A stretch of 62,362 nt of DNA, counting the filler, from Choristocarpus tenellus KU-1152 (taxonomy: Eukaryota > Protista > Phaeophyceae), in NCBI GenBank assembly GCA_964200185.2. It is 13 parts of 13 records of this genome, joined end to end, with 100 filler letters (N's around TTAATTAATTAA, not from the genome) between each part and the next. Parts side by side here need not be neighbours in the genome. Positions count along the whole stretch, not along the records: positions 26,255 to 32,561 come from CAXNAD020008425.1; positions 32,662 to 36,373 come from CAXNAD020018358.1; positions 36,474 to 39,047 come from CAXNAD020026642.1; positions 39,148 to 46,169 come from CAXNAD020006839.1; 9 more parts are not named here. One strand, 5' to 3'. The notes beneath the pieces were generated by a model. It had not been told where the DNA came from. It did no database searches and worked only from the letters and a program-made list of their open reading frames with translations. Shown piece by piece: positions 26,363 to 39,189 of this stretch. The stretch's first letter is position 1, and the number at the start of each line of letters is the position of its first letter. A program made the translations under genes and the position numbers.

Positions 26363-27992
26363 GAAGAAAACTAATTGGCTGCAGCTGTCCAATCTTCAGG
26401 CTGCCTTTGCAGAATCTGCTGCCAGTACAGGGCTGGAGTCTGCCACTCTTTTCAAAACCTTTGGCTATGAAATTAGTCATTCCCAAGAAGGGGTTAACAG
26501 CATGGATCAAGGAGCAGTGACAAGAGGCAGCCGCCATGACTCCAGTGTTGCTGTTGCTGGCCCTGCTCTTGCCTTTAGGACTGCCCCCAGAACCACCCTT
26601 GAAGCTGCCCCTGTTATCTCTGCTGATGGCGCAAATGGCAGTGCTACTAGCATGCTGGACCCGTACTCCCCAAATGCCCTGAGTTTCATTCGTCCCGTGC
26701 TAACAGTGCGTTGGCCGCTTGGGGTGCTCCTCCCTCCAGACGCTCTGCTTACTTATAGAGAGGTTCACTGCGCTCTCTTTCGGCATCACCTGGCCATGCA
26801 TCGACTTAGGCGCCTGCGTGTGGCCCTCCGGGAGAGATTGTTTTGGGGGGTGGGCTCTGGGGGAAGGGCTCAAAAAAAGCGGGGGTCTGGGGGTACCGTG
26901 AGTGAGAGGTTAGGGCCGAGTGATGATGGTCAGAAGTGGGACGAGGGCAGGTTGCATTGGATGCACCTTTTCAGGCATGAGTTGCAACACATGGCGGACT
27001 GTCTTCAGGTGAGTTGAGTGCCTTGCTGGATTTTGGGGTTATGAAACAAGCCGACAACGTGAACTCTCTGCTGCAGGTGCTGTGGGCTGAGGGTTTAGGT
27101 AATGCAACTCCTGAATAGACCCAGAAGAAAGGATCTTGCTGAGGTAGCTGGAGTCAGTTTCTTGGTAGAGCCGGAACAGGGAATAGGGCGGTTTTGGACC
27201 CTCTGCAGTGGTTTGGTAATGTGTTAGATGCTACTGCGTGCAAATTATTATTTTTTAACACTATACAGAAATGGAACTACCTACCAAAGTTTGAGCTACT
27301 TCCTTTTTTCCTCATTTCAGAGTATTTTTTGTTTCTCTGACTAATGGTATGTACTGTGTCAGTTTCAAGATCCATTCCAATCCCCAACCTGTCCACCACT
27401 TGAATGTTGTATTGCTGTATTTGAGCAGGGGCACTTCATTGAGCAGACAGAGCTGGGCTGGCCTGATCTCTGCACATCTCTCTCCTATGCCACTGCAGAG
27501 TCCACTGCCGCACCTGCAGCCCCTACCTTCAACACTGAAACCCCATTTTCTAGTCCAGCAGGCGGTCTGGCATTCTTGACAGCTGCCCATGCACGGTATA
27601 TATCAGGCGTCTGTCGAAGGGTCTTTCTTGGCAAAGACCGTGCTGGAGTCCTTGCTCGGGCTAAGATTGAGGAGTTTTATAGTGTTGTATGTGATGTTTC
27701 AGGGATTATTGCAAAACCTCCCACTGTTGCCAAGACAGTAACTGTGGAGAGGGAGGGAGGAGATAGAGCTTCAGGGCTTCTGCCTAGGTTAGAGTTTGAG
27801 GTCGAGGAACAACACATGTCCCTTCCAGACTCTGTTTTCAAGAAGTTGGTGCTAGCACGGGGGAGATTTGATGTGCTCAGAAAAGGTCTTTGTGACGTGT
27901 TAGCAGAAGAGGCCGCCTCAGGTGCAAGTGGCGAGCATGCAAGGTCCCTTACAATGGTCCTGGGCTATTGGAATGATATGGCATTATCATAA
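26363..27992 (+). CDS. Gamma-tubulin complex component (Spc97/Spc98 family, GCP6-like); last two exons
   Basis: In-phase exons 26363-27008 and 27429-27992 (stop). GRIP2-type motifs VRWPLGVLLPPDALLTYREVHCALF, LHWMHLFRHELQHMADCLQ-GHFIEQTELGWPDL and AAHARYISGVCRRVFL. Confidence 0.82.
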
Positions 27993-28595
27993 TGTACATT
28001 AGAGTATTTCCATGCGCTCGAGGGTTCAACAACTATGTCCCTCGTCATGCCTGGAACATATTTCATTGATCATGTTATGTTTATTGTCTGCTCTGTATCC
28101 ATATTTGCCATGCATCAATCATAGTGCTTTCTGTCGTGGGCAGTTTCCAGGCCCACAATACCCCCTTTTTTGTCGTTTATTGTTGACTGGAAGCATCAGG
28201 GTCACCTGTGCACTATATGTACATAACTTGAACTCGAGTATACTAGTGGTCAAGTTGCGAGCTAAATTGGGTTGGATGTATCATCTCCGAACATAATACT
28301 ACTTGTATGTGTTAATCTCGATACGTACATGGCAGTGCACATGTACAGAGAGGTCCATCACCGAAGCACTCACTACGCTTGTACTAAGAATTGTTTTAAG
28401 AAGATCGTTAGGACTGTCACTATGATAATCATCACACACTACATATTGGAATAGTATTTCAGAAGCAGAGGAGATCAAGTATATACGAGTACGTCCAGTG
28501 CTTTCTTTTACACGTGTTGTTGCTCTCACATAGTAGGTTCATCTGGGACCCTATAATAGTTTGGTGCTATAATCAGAAGGTCATTTTTCAAATCC

Positions 28596-28858
28596 GAGTC
28601 AACGTAAATGAGACGTACTAGAGTTGCATTTGAAGGATGCTCACAAATAGGTGCACACTCCGGCTTTTTCTACAAGTTCGTATAGGATATTTTACGAATT
28701 GTATCGGAAAAATTTCAAACAAAAGAGAAATCTATGCTCTTATTAAGTCAAACTTAGAACTTCATCCATCGAAATGTGAGTGACTTGCAAAAGATTGAAA
28801 AATATACTTGAAATTGCAAACCAACCAAAAGGTGAGTACCTCTCGTTTACTCTGACTC
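28596..28858. mobile_element. MITE family C
   Basis: GAGTCAACGTAAATGAGACGTAC ... GTACCTCTCGTTTACTCTGACTC; collinear with 25570-25825. Confidence 0.8.
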
Positions 28859-29135
28859 TCTGCTGACAGTGTCTCATCAACCAGAATATTGTTCTAAGCT
28901 GAAAGTATTAGTGACCAAAAAGATGTACTCCTTGGGGAAAATGTGCATAAACGTATACTATACTTGTGCGTGGACAGTGTGTTCGAAGCAGGAAATGGTG
29001 TTCTGCTTGGGCTTCGAGAAATTGACATCTTCTCAAGTAGGTTATTTTATATTATTTGCAGTGGTAAGAGGGAGTATGAATTGTGCGTACTGACTATTTC
29101 GGTGTTCTACTGGAGGAATTGACATACTCTGAAGT

Positions 29136-29384
29136 GAGTCAAAGTATACGATGGGCACTTAGATTGTAACCGTCTTGAAATTTAACCCTGTATTTTCAAT
29201 CTTCTGCAATTCACCCATATTTGTATGGATGTGTCAAAACTGATAAAATAGTGTTTATTTCTCTATTGTTAGGAACCTTTCGACAGAATTAAGAGAATTT
29301 CCAATATGCATTTGTAAAAATAAACCAAATTTTATACATATTTGTTGGCGTCCTAACCTGGGTACCTCGCGTTTACTTTGGCTC
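29136..29384. mobile_element. MITE family C
   Basis: GAGTCAAAGTATACG ... GGTACCTCGCGTTTACTTTGGCTC; TSD AGT. Confidence 0.8.
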
Positions 29385-31005
29385 AGTAGTGTATTATATA
29401 TGTACTAATTTGATGTGACATGGACTATGAATATAATTGCTGTAGTAATAGGGAGTATGAATGGTGCATACTATCTCTGCCAACACGTGCTCCAAGTCAG
29501 CGGATACATATCACAGTGGACTGCATAGATAGCACGAATAATTGACCGGAAAATATTCACTATGGGCGATACGGTTGGCCATCGTAACGATTGGTTATAT
29601 ACCAGACAGAGTTTAATATTGTCGTGGTGGATTTCTTGTACGTCTGAACAAAACTCTATATTGTCCAAAAGAATACAAAATTAATATATTGAACTTTCAA
29701 GAAAGCTGCAACAACAGGCTGTACACAATTGATCCCTCTACTTTGTGCCTGTCAACAAGCAAACAAGGAAAACAGGAAAAACTTGAAGATCTCCTTGATT
29801 GTCAAGACTAAGTGCAAGGTATCACATCACATAATACGAGGTCATAGTATTGGGCAATTTCGTTGCTTTCCTTTCAATATAAGGTGTTGTGCATGATGCA
29901 CACAGCGCAATTGAAAGTTTTACTCCCTGGGTGTTGTGCGTTGATGTTTGCTCAATACGGTGTCTTGTACTCCGATAGTAGCAAGCAGTGTAGACTCTAC
30001 CTCCTAATGAGTGACATTTTTTACGAGGTAGGGCATGTCGTGCGACAAGTCCAACCTATTATTTGGAGTAGACTCCATACGACTTGTGGACCATCCCCCG
30101 AGTAGTGCAAATTTCATAGTATTTATTCTATTGGGATTGTTAAAATTTTAATAAACCTTGACATGAGTCAATGGGCGTACTGCAGTCAAATGTGGATACG
30201 GCTCTCTATCTGTGTGCTTCTCTTTTGTCTATTTTGAATATTCTTCCCACTATTGATATTGCTTGAAGTGTTTGGAACTATTCTGATGTAGTATCACATA
30301 TTAATCAAGTGCCTAGACAGCAGTTGACAGAACTGGCCTACTAAGCTGGGGTTACAGGTGGACCTGATCCAGTGACATTTCTTCTCTGATAGCCTAGGAC
30401 TGGTCTTGTTAATACATATACTGAGTATATACTATCTACCTATTACTTATCGGATCTGGCCCGGGGTTTGACCCTTCAAAAAATTATGTTGGGCCGAAAT
30501 AATGCACTGGGTAAGTGGGCTTGTGGCCGTTTACGACGAAAACAATAGTAACAAAGGTTGCAATCAAGGGGTCAAAATGCATGCACACAATTCGTTGGAG
30601 ACAGGAAGCAGTAAAGGTGAGTGAGGTAGACTGTATCACACGTTGGACAAGTTATGATTTAACTCATTTCTGCTTCACAAATCAGAAGGAAAAATATATG
30701 TACCTCGAAGTACAAACATTTTTGCATCAAGGTTGAAGGAGTGGTGAAGATGCACAAATCATTTTTACACAGGGATCTTGTACCACAATTCATGTACTAA
30801 GTACAATGTTGAAGAATGATGTACAAATCCCGATTTGCCGACGTAACCTTGCCGGCTACCATGTACACATGATTTTTGTAGATATCACTCGCCAGTTTTT
30901 TTAATTATTATGCCCTCTGACATTTTGCAGGCGTGTCAGTTATCAATATGATGTCCGTATGTGTCGACAGAAGTTAATTGTGTGTTGGTGATCTATCCCT
31001 ACATC

Positions 31006-31260
31006 TTGTGATTTAGTAGGAAGCACAATCGTGTACAAATCCTATCCTGTGATTTAGTGGGAAAAAACAATCTTGTAAGCTGTTCTGATGTGATTTAGTA
31101 GGAGAGAACAATCTTTTGCAGTCTTCTGTTATGTTCTAGCAGGAAAGAAAAATCGTGTACAGATCTTACATTGTGATTAAGTAGGAGGAGAGAAACATCA
31201 TACACAATTCTTATACACTTCAAGTTTTATTAGGAAAGAAGGATCGTGTGCAAATCTTAA
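31006..31260. repeat. Degenerate minisatellite, about 41-bp unit, about 6 units
   Basis: Recurring TGTGATTTAGTAGGA...AATC(G/T)TGT. Confidence 0.75.
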
Positions 31261-31521
31261 GTTGCTACTATTGTAATTTCATGCAGTACTTCCTTACCTT
31301 CCTCCTCTATGCATACCGCTAAAAAATATCGCCACCCCTTCTAAACTAACATATGTGGAAGCTATAGTAGGGTCCTTCCTAACATGACGTTTTTAGAGTG
31401 TCATGTTGCTGTCCCTTGACTTTTATAAGTTCAAAACATGTACTGGTCTACCATTTTGTACATTAGTGGTCAGTGGTCGCATTTTGCACATCGGTACCAC
31501 CACTTCGGAGTTTAAAACCTA

Positions 31522-31665
31522 GACAAATATTTGTCGGTACGACTCATCCTCTGTGAAACATCTACAAGTAGTATTTGTCCTACCACTCCCCCATCTACGA
31601 AAACGTGTACAAATATTTGTCGTACCACTCACCCGTTTATGAAACGTGTGTAAATATTAGTACGT
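31522..31665. repeat. Degenerate minisatellite, about 44-bp unit
   Basis: Recurring AAATATTTGTCGTACCACTC...GAAAC; a further unit near 32052-32098. Confidence 0.65.
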
Positions 31666-31699
31666 GTATGTATTATTGTGCTCTCTGACATTTGCAGAT

Positions 31700-31949
31700 G
31701 AACCAAACCAATTGAGAGGTAGGCAAGTTAGGACTCTCTTGCATTCTAAGTATTTTTTTCCCATCTATAATACCCTCTATTCGCTTATATATATGCGAAT
31801 GGTGTACAAAATTGATATTCCCCTTTTCTACACACTAAGAAACCCCACAATTCGGCAAAGGCTCTTTCTGCAATTGTACGAAGTTGACTTGTTTCCCTTT
31901 CTCACGATCCCAAAATGCAGCCCTCCCTACCTCTTAGTTGGTTTGACTC
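31700..31949. mobile_element. MITE family D (250 bp)
   Basis: GAACCAAACCAATTGAGAGGTAGG ... CCTACCTCTTAGTTGGTTTGACTC; 4-bp TSD AGAT. Confidence 0.85.
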
Positions 31950-32401
31950 AGATGTGTCAGGGAAATAGGTAACCCAACATCAAGAGGACTCATTGTAAAG
32001 GAAACAGTTGTTGAAAATGTAAAAGAATATCTCCAAACACTACTACTGTTTAAAATATTTGTGCGTACCACTCTCCTATCTGGAGAATATGTACAAACAG
32101 TTCCCTAATACAATTACATTGGTTTGAATCCCTCCACGATAGTGTTTGACCTTGTAACCCGAAGTTGAAAAATCGTGATGCTTTGATTTGTCAACATTTC
32201 ATCTTGTTGTAGAAAGAATTGTCCCTTGTCGCCCTCAGAAATTTTAACAATACAAATGATTCCAATCCACAAACGAAAGAGTCAACTCCTAATACTTACA
32301 TTTTGTTTTGATCACGAATTCTGGATTATTATTATTATTTTATTCTACATTTGCATTCCTCGCTATTCCCTTTTCTCCCTACTATATTCTAACAACCCTT
32401 G

Positions 32402-32556
32402 TGACCAACCAGTGCGACCTCTTCGCCACTGATTTCCAGTCACCCCCATATCTGATGACCAACCAGGGCGAACCCCCTTCGCCCCTGATTTCCAGTCTCC
32501 CCCCCTATCCGATGACCAACCAGTGCGACCCCTTTCGCCACTGATTTCCGGTCTCT
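32402..32556. repeat. Tandem repeat of about 55 bp (about 3 units, runs into contig end)
   Basis: TGACCAACCAG(T/G)GCGA..C.TTCGCC(A/C)CTGATTTCC at 32402, 32456 and 32513. Confidence 0.85.
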
Positions 32557-32949
32557 ACCACNNNNNNNNNNNNNNNNNNNNNNNNNNNNNNNNNNNNNNN
32601 NNNNNTTAATTAATTAANNNNNNNNNNNNNNNNNNNNNNNNNNNNNNNNNNNNNNNNNNNNACCAGCTGTAACTAAACCTTTTAGTATTTCTTCTGTAAT
32701 TTGATCGCCTAATTTTGCAAATACTTCGCCACTCTTAGATACTTTGACCCATTTCAAACATCTCAAGAATAAATCAGGATATAACCGATAAAAAGCTAAA
32801 GAAGTCAACCTCTCTTACACATATCTGGGCCATCCTTGACAACAGGTAGATTAGAGGTATAGCAGCAGTGTACGCATTGAATTGTAAGTACCAACATTTT
32901 AGAGAGTATTGTAGTATAGCTGGTATTCAAATACTAAGTAGTAAATAGT

Positions 32950-33209
32950 GCGTGAAAGTATCTTAGAGGGTACGAGTTTTCCCCTGTTTGTCCATTTGGG
33001 GCTTGGCCTCCCACGGGCTTTTAATGACATGTTACCTACTCCAAAATGTTTCGGAGTAGGTAAAGTGTTTATGTTATGAAAAGGTGTGTCCGGAACAAGG
33101 ACATTGACATCTCCTAAACAAACATGATAGCTGCAATTACATCAAAATCGCAACACTGAATTTTGACCCACAAATGGACGCAGTTCTACCCTCTATGATA
33201 CTTTGACTC
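32950..33209. mobile_element. MITE family B (about 260 bp)
   Basis: GCGTGAAAGTATCTTAGAGGGTA ... TACCCTCTATGATACTTTGACTC; 4-bp TSD TAGT; internal hairpin. Confidence 0.9.
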
Positions 33210-33364
33210 TAGTTTTTTGAGAGATTACGTTAACGGCAACTATTACGTTTATTAGGGTCCATTATTTTGATTTGACTTTTTCCCTGACACGTGTGCAGAA
33301 TATATGAGGATATATCAATATTTTGTTATATAAATGAAGTGCAAGGCAGCCTCCTACCTACCTC

Positions 33365-33690
33365 ACTCATCCACCAGCAATGGTGTAGTTGCTGCGGCAG
33401 CTGAGGCACGAAAGCGCATCCACTACAATGGTTCTTTTGACCCTCGTAGTTATAACCTCAACACCTTGGCGGTGGAACGGTTTGGGCGCCTCAGTAAGTA
33501 GGCAGAATGTTTTCTGGATGAGTTGGCTACACACGTGGTAGACGGGAGAGGGGCAGGAGGCTACAGCAGGAAAGGGGCTGTCAAAACCCCATCTATGACA
33601 GATAGTGTCTGTCACAACAGAAGCACCTCTATCAAGAGCTGCCATTCGTTTTAAGCTGGAGACACCAAGGAGATGGGCAAGGAAGGGCTT
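33365..33690 (+). mobile_element. 3' fragment of an RLE-type (CRE-like) non-LTR retrotransposon
   Basis: Decayed frame AAAAEARKRIHYNGSFDPRSYNLNTLAVERFGRL...LDELATHVV...QIVSVTTEA, typical of the restriction-like endonuclease C-terminus; a fragment also lies at 17503-17575. Confidence 0.7.
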
Positions 33691-33982
33691 GTTAGAACTT
33701 ACTAGTATGATTTTTTGAAAAAATATCGTTAGCTGTATATACTTTGTTGATGCTATGCGTTATAACGTCATCCCTTTTCTGCAATCCCCCAATATCTGGT
33801 TGGCGCAAATCTTCGGTTTGGTCCCAACATCGTCAGCCAAAAGATTTTTTGTTATATTTGGTATTATGGTTGATGAGGGTGGCATTAAAACTTGTCACCA
33901 ACTGACTATTGCAATATATTTCTACCCTCGAACATTTTATACATCTGTCAGAGAAGACCAAAACTCAATCACAATGACCTCT

Positions 33983-34168
33983 GGTTCAAAGTATCTGGGG
34001 GGGGGACGGGGGTCTACACCAGGGTGTCCAGTAGGGCCCTGACCTGGAGAAGTGCACTTACACTATCCATCCGACGCATGCAACCAAATGAACCGAAAAT
34101 CGCGACATGGAAAAATAGACCCCGAATGGACAGCCGTCACTCCCCCCCTCGCAGATATACTCTGGGCC
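33983..34168. mobile_element. MITE family A, full copy
   Basis: GGTTCAAAGTATCTGGGG ... CAGATATACTCTGGGCC; 4-bp TSD CTCT. Confidence 0.85.
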
Positions 34169-34289
34169 CTCTGCAAATACAAAAACGGTTGTCGTCAATG
34201 CCAAGACCTCTAAATCTCTGACAACTTGAAAATTAACAATACAACAATATCCCCTTCAAAGTTGTTCTCTATAAAGTAATGTGTACACT

Positions 34290-35190
34290 GCTATGCTCCT
34301 AGCCTAGCTTAGCCCTGTCAAGGTGGGTAGGGAGCAAGGGAAGCATACCAAGAATCTGTCAGACCACTTCTTGCCCACCTGCCCGGTGTCTCTAGTTTGA
34401 AACGCATGACATGTTTCAAGAGAGTCTCTTGTGTCACAACGGATGCTATCTATCTCAAACGGAACTCGACAGTCCCTTTCCCTACAATAACCCCTTAGCC
34501 TCTCTCCCCTCTACTCTGCATGGGTGTGACCAAAGTCATTCAGGAAACTCTCTACTTGCTTTCCTAGTCACCCAAAAATTTCCACTGCAAAGGTCTTGAG
34601 GTTAAAACGACGAGGTTCAAAAGATCTATGGTACTGGGGTGCACCTTCGCGCCTTGACTGCAGTGGTACCTACACCATTGCTGGGGTCTGAATGTTGTAA
34701 GTGTAAGTGAAAACCTGCTTAGACCCCTGCAAAAACAATATCCAGAAAAGTCTTTGTCCCAGTTTGGCGCAGAGCCAGTGTCAGCAAATGCCCCGGCATG
34801 GAGCACCACTCCCTTGCAATAGTTCCGATTCACTGCAACAGGCTACCATCCTCCATAATGCAAGGGATGTCCATTCCCCTGCAGAGGTGACCTAGGAGGT
34901 TCACCAAATAGGCATATGCTGGCGTACTCGTCCTCCCGCCCTAGGTCAGGTGCGGGCATGTTGGGTGCGAACATTGTGCCTCATGCGCGTGCCCACTGGG
35001 CACCTGTTGGATAGGGCCTCCTCTCTCCCTGGAGATCTGCTGGCGGGCAAGTCAAGTCTCCACAGGAGTAATCTGGCGTGCTGGTTCCAAGGGTTATGTC
35101 GAGGCCCATGCATTGATCCCTTGCTAGCACTAGCGAAGGGCTTGCCCTCCCTTGTTCCTCTGCACCATCCAGAAGGTTGGTCAGTTTTGT
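34290..35190 (-). mobile_element. RLE-type (CRE-like) non-LTR retrotransposon, 3' portion, decayed
   Basis: Reverse-strand paralogue of 48697-49520: CCHC-type knuckle region (LSNRCPV...HART) followed by RLE motifs, with frameshifts. Confidence 0.7.
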
Positions 35191-35819
35191 TCAAAAGGAG
35201 TCAAATCAAATCCTATTCAGAAGTCGGGTGACTTCGTTATCAGAGACCAATGGGTGGAAATTCCAACCACACACAACTACTGTGTTATGAACCGTGACCA
35301 TACAGTTGGCTTAGGTGCAATTATTCAGCGCAACCAAATAACTTAGAAAAAAGATCGGTTGTGCAGTTGGTTTCTCTCACCACAATAACAGGAGAAGTGA
35401 CCTAAAATGTTCAGAGGTCATATAACCACAAACCTACCGTAATTGGTCACAAGGTGTCACAACCCACAAGTCCTCTTCACTCATGGGTTTGGATCCGATT
35501 GAGACCTGTGGAGGCTTTGGGCCTCGAAGAGTAATGAGGATTCATCTGCCAATCCCTCGAGACACACATCCTTCAGCCTTCCTTTTAAAAGCAAGAATAT
35601 GTGAATGAGCAAATAGTCCGTCCAAAATACTACAGGAAAACACGCCTCTGGAGATAAGAAATAGTGCAGGAAAGAGTGTAAGACAACAAAATTTCTAGGC
35701 TCTAAAGGGACTCCATTCCAGTCGGGGAGATTTTTCCCTCACCACGGCACACACCACTCGGCGATGTGCACACATTTTAGCGCAAGTTACCTCATGCGCT
35801 GATTGTTCAATCAAATCAA

Positions 35820-36000
35820 GAGTGAAGGTATCTTAGAGGAAACGAGTTTTGCCCTGGTCGTCAGTTTGGGGATTGGCTTCCCACGTTTTTTTTATGACAT
35901 TTTCCTGCTCCGAAATGTTTCGGAGTAGTAGGTAAAATGTGTACATTTTGTGTTCGGAACAAGGATATCGACACTTACTTCCGAACAAACACGATACTAT
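35820..36000. mobile_element. MITE family B, truncated
   Basis: GAGTGAAGGTATCTTAGAGG start and the CTCCGAAATGTTTCGGAG hairpin. Confidence 0.8.
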
Positions 36001-36473
36001 CGTGGATCATGATAATTGCGGATGGATCATTTCATGGAGGATGGGATTGACCGAAATGGTACGCGGAAAGTGCCCATATGTTTTTTTTTGTAAATGTCAT
36101 AAAACTTTTTTAGGGCCCCTTTTTGAATGGGAATCCATGCCGAAGGTGGTAGTAGGACATATTTAATTGATAAATACAGTACCTACCCCGATTTTGTGCC
36201 AAATCTGAAAATAATAAATTTTGTATCGCTTTTTTCGACATGCTAATAAAAATAGCACTTCGATGTAGTTTCTTTCGGGGTGGCGTTTCATCGTCATTAT
36301 GGATGGTCGACCGAGTGAGAAGAAGTGTTATTTTACCATATTATTAAATTGTTTATCAATTATTGCTATCGTCNNNNNNNNNNNNNNNNNNNNNNNNNNN
36401 NNNNNNNNNNNNNNNNNTTAATTAATTAANNNNNNNNNNNNNNNNNNNNNNNNNNNNNNNNNNNNNNNNNNNN

Positions 36474-37365
36474 CGGAATGAGAACTGCGTCGATGCTGAT
36501 CCTACCCCAACCCCGAGGGACAAGCCTTCCGAGAAGGGCAAAGGAAAGGGGAAAAGGATGCTAATTAGGAAGAAGAGGGTGAGAGAAGGTGCTGGACGGA
36601 TGGAACCGTTCAAACAGCCTCGTGGTCCTAATGGCAGCGCTTTAGAACCTGACTTCTTCGACGACGTCTTCGCTTCTGCCAAAATGGGCAGGTACGCGAG
36701 CCAAAGTATCTTAGAGGGTACAGCCGTGTCTATTTGGGGGTCAACATCCAATGTAGCAATTTTGATGTAATTTTGGTCATATTGTTTGTTAGGAAGTGTC
36801 AATATCCATGTTCTGGTCACACCTCTTTATAAGGTATACATTTTACCTACTCTGAAACATTTTAGAGTAGGAAAATGTCATAAAAAAAACATTGGAAGCC
36901 AAGCCCCAAATGGACAAACAGGGCAAAACTCGTACGCTCTAAGATACTTTCCAGCACGCGGTACATCCGTGTTCATCTACATCGAGGTATGATGATGACG
37001 ACGCAAGATCATCTCGTGGTGATGAGGGTCGGATCAAACAGGACGCGACCCTCATCAGTGATGCTTCCGATGTGGGGATCACCGAAGCCTTCATGGAGGC
37101 GTGTGTTACCGAGCTCCTACGATCGGCTATGAAACCTCCTTCTTCACAGTATTGAGTGCAGACCAAAATCATCACCCAAGTCATATATGACCATGGGTTC
37201 AGGCTCATCAAGGCCGACAAAGGGGTCGCTTCTCTTGTTTTCGGGGATGAATGCTACGTCCACGAGCCCACACAGGTTAAACTCGACGATCGTGGAGGGA
37301 AGTCAGGAACACATTGCGTCCCGAACATGTGGAAGCGCTCCAGGCGAGGAATGCTATCTTCTTGA
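36474..37365 (+). pseudogene. Orphan intronless ORF interrupted by a family B MITE (36698-36955), with one in-frame stop
   Basis: Removing the MITE plus 4-bp TSD ACGC restores the frame ...SAKMGRYA|VHPCSSTSRYDDDDARSS...SQY*VQTKIITQVIYDHGF... Confidence 0.55.
36698..36955. mobile_element. MITE family B
   Basis: GAGCCAAAGTATCTTAGAGGGTA ... TACGCTCTAAGATACTTTCCAGC; TSD ACGC. Confidence 0.9.
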
Positions 37366-38262
37366 GTCTCACGAAGCCCGAACCTTGGAACACCAGGTAC
37401 TCCACACGTTAAATCTGTGGCACCTTCTTGTCGAGGCATAACCTAAGTTCACAGAGCGGTGGGAAACGGGGGACGAATGAAATTTCGAGTCCGCCAACCA
37501 ATTGAAATAGGGTTTCCGTCGTTTCGTTTTTTGGTTAAAGTGCGAGTAGAGTAGCAGGTCGTGGTGATTTATACATTAGTGCACCTTGCCTTGATGTCAG
37601 ACTACCATGTTCATGTACTTTCCATTCCATGATACATGTATTAGATAGTGGTTTCAATGAACATTGATACCACTCAGAGCCTATGCATATCATGTATCAT
37701 ACTCACGTTGAGGATTAGACCTGTGTTATTATTTGTTTGAAATAGCGTGTCTGCTACACATTTTAGACAACTAAAATATAATGCATCAATCAAACAACTC
37801 TTCTCCATCTGCTCAGCCAACCTTTCAAAACAATTCGCCAGGGGATGCGATGAATACCCTGTCCTTTCTGTGAGCCGCTATTTATTCCTTGTACACCATA
37901 ACGCACCTCCACCCTTCTTTTCAATACCCTATACACCACCTCTCGCTTTGTCCAAGTGTTGACCTTACAGATTCGTTCTCATTCTCCTTCGAATCTTCGA
38001 GGATTCTATATATCAAGTTCACGCACGATGCTCCTAAGCACAGCATCAACCCGGGACCTCTGGAGTTGTACCTTGAACTACTTTCAGAGAAACGTACGCC
38101 TATAGACCTTGACCAATAACCACTTGTATACACGTCCATATTCCATACACATCTTTTCCCGTACCTCCTACCTACACCATCAGCGATAACGGGGTAATAT
38201 CACATACTAAATCCAGGACATGCACACAAACAAAGTGTAACCTTTAACCTGTACACGATATA

Positions 38263-38523
38263 GAGTGAAAGTATATTAGAGGGTATGATTTTGGCCCTGT
38301 CTGTGGTCTCTGTAGTGCTTGGCTTCGCACGTTTTTTTCATGTCATTTTCCTACCCCAAAATGTTTTTGAGTAGGTAAAATGTGTACGTTATGAAAAGGT
38401 GTGTCTGGAACAAGGATATTGATACTTCCTAACAAACACGATAGCCAAACTTACATCAAAATAACAACATTGGAGTTTTACCCCCAAATGGACACCGCTC
38501 TACCCTCTAACATACTCTGGCTC
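38263..38523. mobile_element. MITE family B
   Basis: GAGTGAAAGTATATTAGAGGGTA ... TACCCTCTAACATACTCTGGCTC. Confidence 0.88.
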
Positions 38524-39189
38524 CTCGTGCACACGCCGGGAGAACAGGCCCAAATCGACAGTCCTCTTTGTGTCTGTTTGGACATGCCTCATGCAAGCAA
38601 ATAAACGAAAAAGAAAATCGTCGCAATTGCCCATATTATTTTTTACAATTCCTCATCCAACAGTGGGAAAACACACCCTAACCTACAACTCTCTTTTTGT
38701 GCTAACCAAATCCCAGTCATGCAACTACAAAAAAAAATCCAGTCCTGGAACAGCCTAACACGTATCTCTTGTTCTTCATCGTAAACACTGCGCGACCAAC
38801 ATACATATAAATCAATAAACCTGTTTGAGCAGACTCCAAATCCGACACATGCAAACGTCCAAACTCCTTACCAATCCCATTTAAATGGTGGCATGTATTC
38901 CCGTTCCTCTTGCGTACGCAAGGACAGAAATGAACCTAAGCAACAATCTTCTTTTTTTTGTTGACATTTCCAATCCGACACGTGCGACCAAATCACACCA
39001 AAAAGCGAAAATCGAAAATAGCTAAAAAAAACGGACGCCGGCACCCCNNNNNNNNNNNNNNNNNNNNNNNNNNNNNNNNNNNNNNNNNNNNTTAATTAAT
39101 TAANNNNNNNNNNNNNNNNNNNNNNNNNNNNNNNNNNNNNNNNNNNNTCTATACCAAGCTGTTCTTTGTCCTTCATTAAAGCACCATAA

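Noticed and set aside
31006-31260. CRISPR-like repeat/spacer appearance (also 3-103 and 61113-61725)
   Set aside because: The putative spacers are homologous to each other, the repeats are degenerate, there are no cas genes, and the context is eukaryotic
32662-32810. AT-rich minus frame GEVFAKLGDQITEEILKGLVTAG resembling an RNA polymerase subunit (possible organellar insertion)
   Set aside because: Too short, truncated by a linker, and overlaps a MITE-like AGATACTTTGACCC motif; needs BLAST
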